Part shown: positions 16,750-18,120 of the stretch, piece by piece
Numbering within the stretch: position 1 is the stretch's first letter
How the letters are laid out: every line of letters begins with the position of its first letter
Assembly (NCBI GenBank): GCA_964458565.1
Contig: CAYWJO010000052.1
Coordinates: forward strand, 4,156-22,275
Source: an uncultured archaeon
GTDB taxonomy: Archaea > Asgardarchaeota > Thorarchaeia > Thorarchaeales > Thorarchaeaceae
Length of the DNA: 18,120 nt
Direction: 5' to 3'
Translations under genes and position numbers: made by a program
The notes under the pieces: model-generated
What the model saw: only the letters and a program-made list of their open reading frames with translations
Told to the model about the DNA's origin: nothing
The model's database searches: none

Positions 16750-17669
16750 TATCTTACCCTCATTATCTCTCGAAACGCATCCTCCAGCGACCCAACATCC
16801 TCTGATATCCCATAGAAGGGAACATTATAGTTCCTAAGAACTTCCTGAATCTGTTTCTTGCTCTCAGCCTTCCTCGAAGGTTCAACTCGGACAACGACCT
16901 GGCTCGCACCTGTGGTGCGTGTGCCAACAATCCCTGGAATGCGAGTCACGTACTCGGATACCAGAGTCGGTTCAGTTGTACTGATTTTTAACAGGTTTGA
17001 TGTGTACGTGGCTATGATGTCCCTAACAGAGCCTTGTTCTAGCAGCACTCCCTCATTGATGAAACTAACATCATGACAGATTCGTTCGAGCTCTGACAGG
17101 ATATGTGATGCCACGAAGAATGAGATGCCTTCAGTAGTGTAAAGATTGAAGATGATGTCCACGACCTCGTCACGACTTGCCACGTCTAGATTTGATGTCG
17201 GTTCATCAAGGATGATCAGACGAGGATTTCCTGCAAGTGATTGCGCCAGCCCAAGCCTCTGCTTCATACCAGCAGAGAGCCCCTCTATCTTCTGATTCTT
17301 CTGTTTTGTCAGGTTCACACTTGCAAGGAGCTGTTCAGGGTCCTTGTCACTTCCATAGAGCCTGACAGTATTTCTCAGATAATGGATTGGTGTTGTCTGT
17401 TCAGGGAATGCAGTTCGTTCATGAAGGATACCTATGTTCTGACGTATCTCTAAAGACTGGTCCAAAATGTCATATCCAAGGACTCTAGCATTCCCCGAGT
17501 CTGGTGTGATCAGACCTAGGAGGATGCGAAGGAGTGTTGTCTTTCCAGCACCATTAGGACCTATGAGACCAAAGACACCATCCCCAATCTCCAGATTGAA
17601 ACCATTGAGTGCTTGAACCCCATTGAATGATTTATGCAGGTCATGTACCTCAATGACTGACAACTTCAT
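16749..17669 (-). CDS. ABC-2 type transporter ATP-binding protein
   Basis: Walker A GPNGAGKTT, signature LSAGMKQR, Walker B IILDEP and switch SH. Confidence 0.95.
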   Translation of the reverse strand: MKLSVIEVHDLHKSFNGVQALNGFNLEIGDGVFGLIGPNGAGKTTLLRILLGLITPDSGNARVLGYDILDQSLEIRQNIGILHERTAFPEQTTPIHYLRNTVRLYGSDKDPEQLLASVNLTKQKNQKIEGLSAGMKQRLGLAQSLAGNPRLIILDEPTSNLDVASRDEVVDIIFNLYTTEGISFFVASHILSELERICHDVSFINEGVLLEQGSVRDIIATYTSNLLKISTTEPTLVSEYVTRIPGIVGTRTTGASQVVVRVEPSRKAESKKQIQEVLRNYNVPFYGISEDVGSLEDAFREIMRVR

Positions 17670-17703
17670 TCCTCATTCCAAGAATACCTCACAGTGTGAA
17701 GTA

Positions 17704-17753
17704 GTTGCATTTAGCAGAAACGATATGTTGCCATAAATAGTTATCTTTGTTGC
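17704..17753 (-). promoter_or_regulatory. ABC operon promoter with three phased GCAAC repeats
   Basis: GTTGC on the + strand at 17704, 17727 and 17749 (spacing 23 and 22 nt), flanking a minus-strand TATTTATG at 17732-17739. Confidence 0.45.
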
Positions 17754-17782
17754 TCAAACACTTCTCAAATTATTCCGATTTG

Positions 17783-17992
17783 TTAAATCATTAACTGTAA
17801 AGCTCTAGCTTCCAGTATTCCTGTATATTGGTCAACAGGCTTTGCCTTGATTGATCCAGCTGGCCTGTATCTATAACCATAGATTCTCCCACGAGTCATC
17901 AACTCTTCCAAAAACTCTGGTGCGAGCGTCTTATGCAGATGAGATGGAATATAACGCAAAGCATTCTTCAAAGCAAGAACGGTTTCTCGTTG
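17783..17992 (-). pseudogene. hutU: urocanate hydratase (long type) fragment, truncated at both ends
   Basis: RETVLALKNALRYIP...LAPEFLEELMTRGRIYGYRYRP...ALQLMI* is the N-terminal region of long-form urocanases. The following DNNLD motif and the remaining several hundred residues are absent, as is the upstream RRAP segment. Confidence 0.8.
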
Positions 17993-18120
17993 TTGAGCAT
18001 TGTCTATGTTCATTGGGATGACATCCCTCCTACAGACCTGGCTTCTTTCTCCTGTCGGTGTTTTGGGACATCACTCCCATCAACAGTGAGGGTTTCCACA
18101 GTTCTTACCACGGTGGGATC
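17992..18120 (-). mobile_element. putative IS200/IS605-family right end / TnpB omega-RNA scaffold (partial)
   Basis: Three consecutive minus-strand hairpins with G-U pairs, GAAG before the last hairpin, and TCAA(C) after it at the point where hutU similarity starts. Overlaps an ORF tail and runs off the window edge. No transposase or RuvC motif is visible. Confidence 0.45.
18010..18120 (-). CDS. C-terminal tail of an ORF entering from outside the window (possibly TnpB)
   Basis: Open frame DPTVVRTVETLTVDGSDVPKHRQEKEARSVGGMSSQ* ending at TGA 18012-18010. Only 36 aa are visible. Confidence 0.35.
   Translation of the reverse strand, partial: DPTVVRTVETLTVDGSDVPKHRQEKEARSVGGMSSQ

Noticed and set aside
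1503-17453. Numerous short antisense or overlapping ORFs in the six-frame track (e.g. 5698-6093, 5753-6103, 10652-10954, 14704-15030, 16457-16837)
   Set aside because: They are shadows of well-supported genes on the other strand or frame and carry no recognisable motifs.
18014-18118. TGGGA at exact 50-nt spacing (18014, 18064, 18114) as a CRISPR or tandem array
   Set aside because: The shared sequence is too short and degenerate; it is better explained as arms of successive hairpins.
1-18120. Window begins and ends with GATC
   Set aside because: Most likely technical (restriction- or adapter-related contig ends) or chance, not a biological terminal repeat.

Overview
Compact, AT-rich archaeal chromosomal segment. 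Archaeal origin is supported by TATA/BRE promoters, GGTGA/GGAGG ribosome-binding sites, an ER-type Sec11 signal peptidase and archaeal MarR- and double-Lrp-type regulators. The gene style suggests Asgard/Thorarchaeota, but that is inference only. Most of the window is amino-acid/peptide catabolism and housekeeping: D-2-hydroxyacid dehydrogenase, MBL-fold hydrolase, DDAH-like amidinohydrolase, NIF3-like protein, flavin-binding split barrel, aspartase, gamma-glutamyltransferase-family Ntn hydrolase, two regulators, MBL-rhodanese fusion, Fe-S protein, signal peptidase I and an ABC-2 cassette. Four things stand out. (1) The last ~130 nt fold on the minus strand into three G-U-containing hairpins overlapping an ORF tail; they end at TCAA(C), exactly where a doubly truncated urocanase (hutU) fragment begins. 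This looks like an IS200/IS605 right end / TnpB omega-RNA whose guide would come from hutU. (2) A hidden signal peptide + half-TPM + half-LemA chimeric reading frame carries an in-frame TGA. (3) A Tubby/scramblase(LOR)-like protein shares a mirror-symmetric divergent promoter with the NIF3-like gene. (4) Several clusters of palindromes or phased repeats lie in intergenic regions. All protein calls come from motif recognition by eye; no database search was run.
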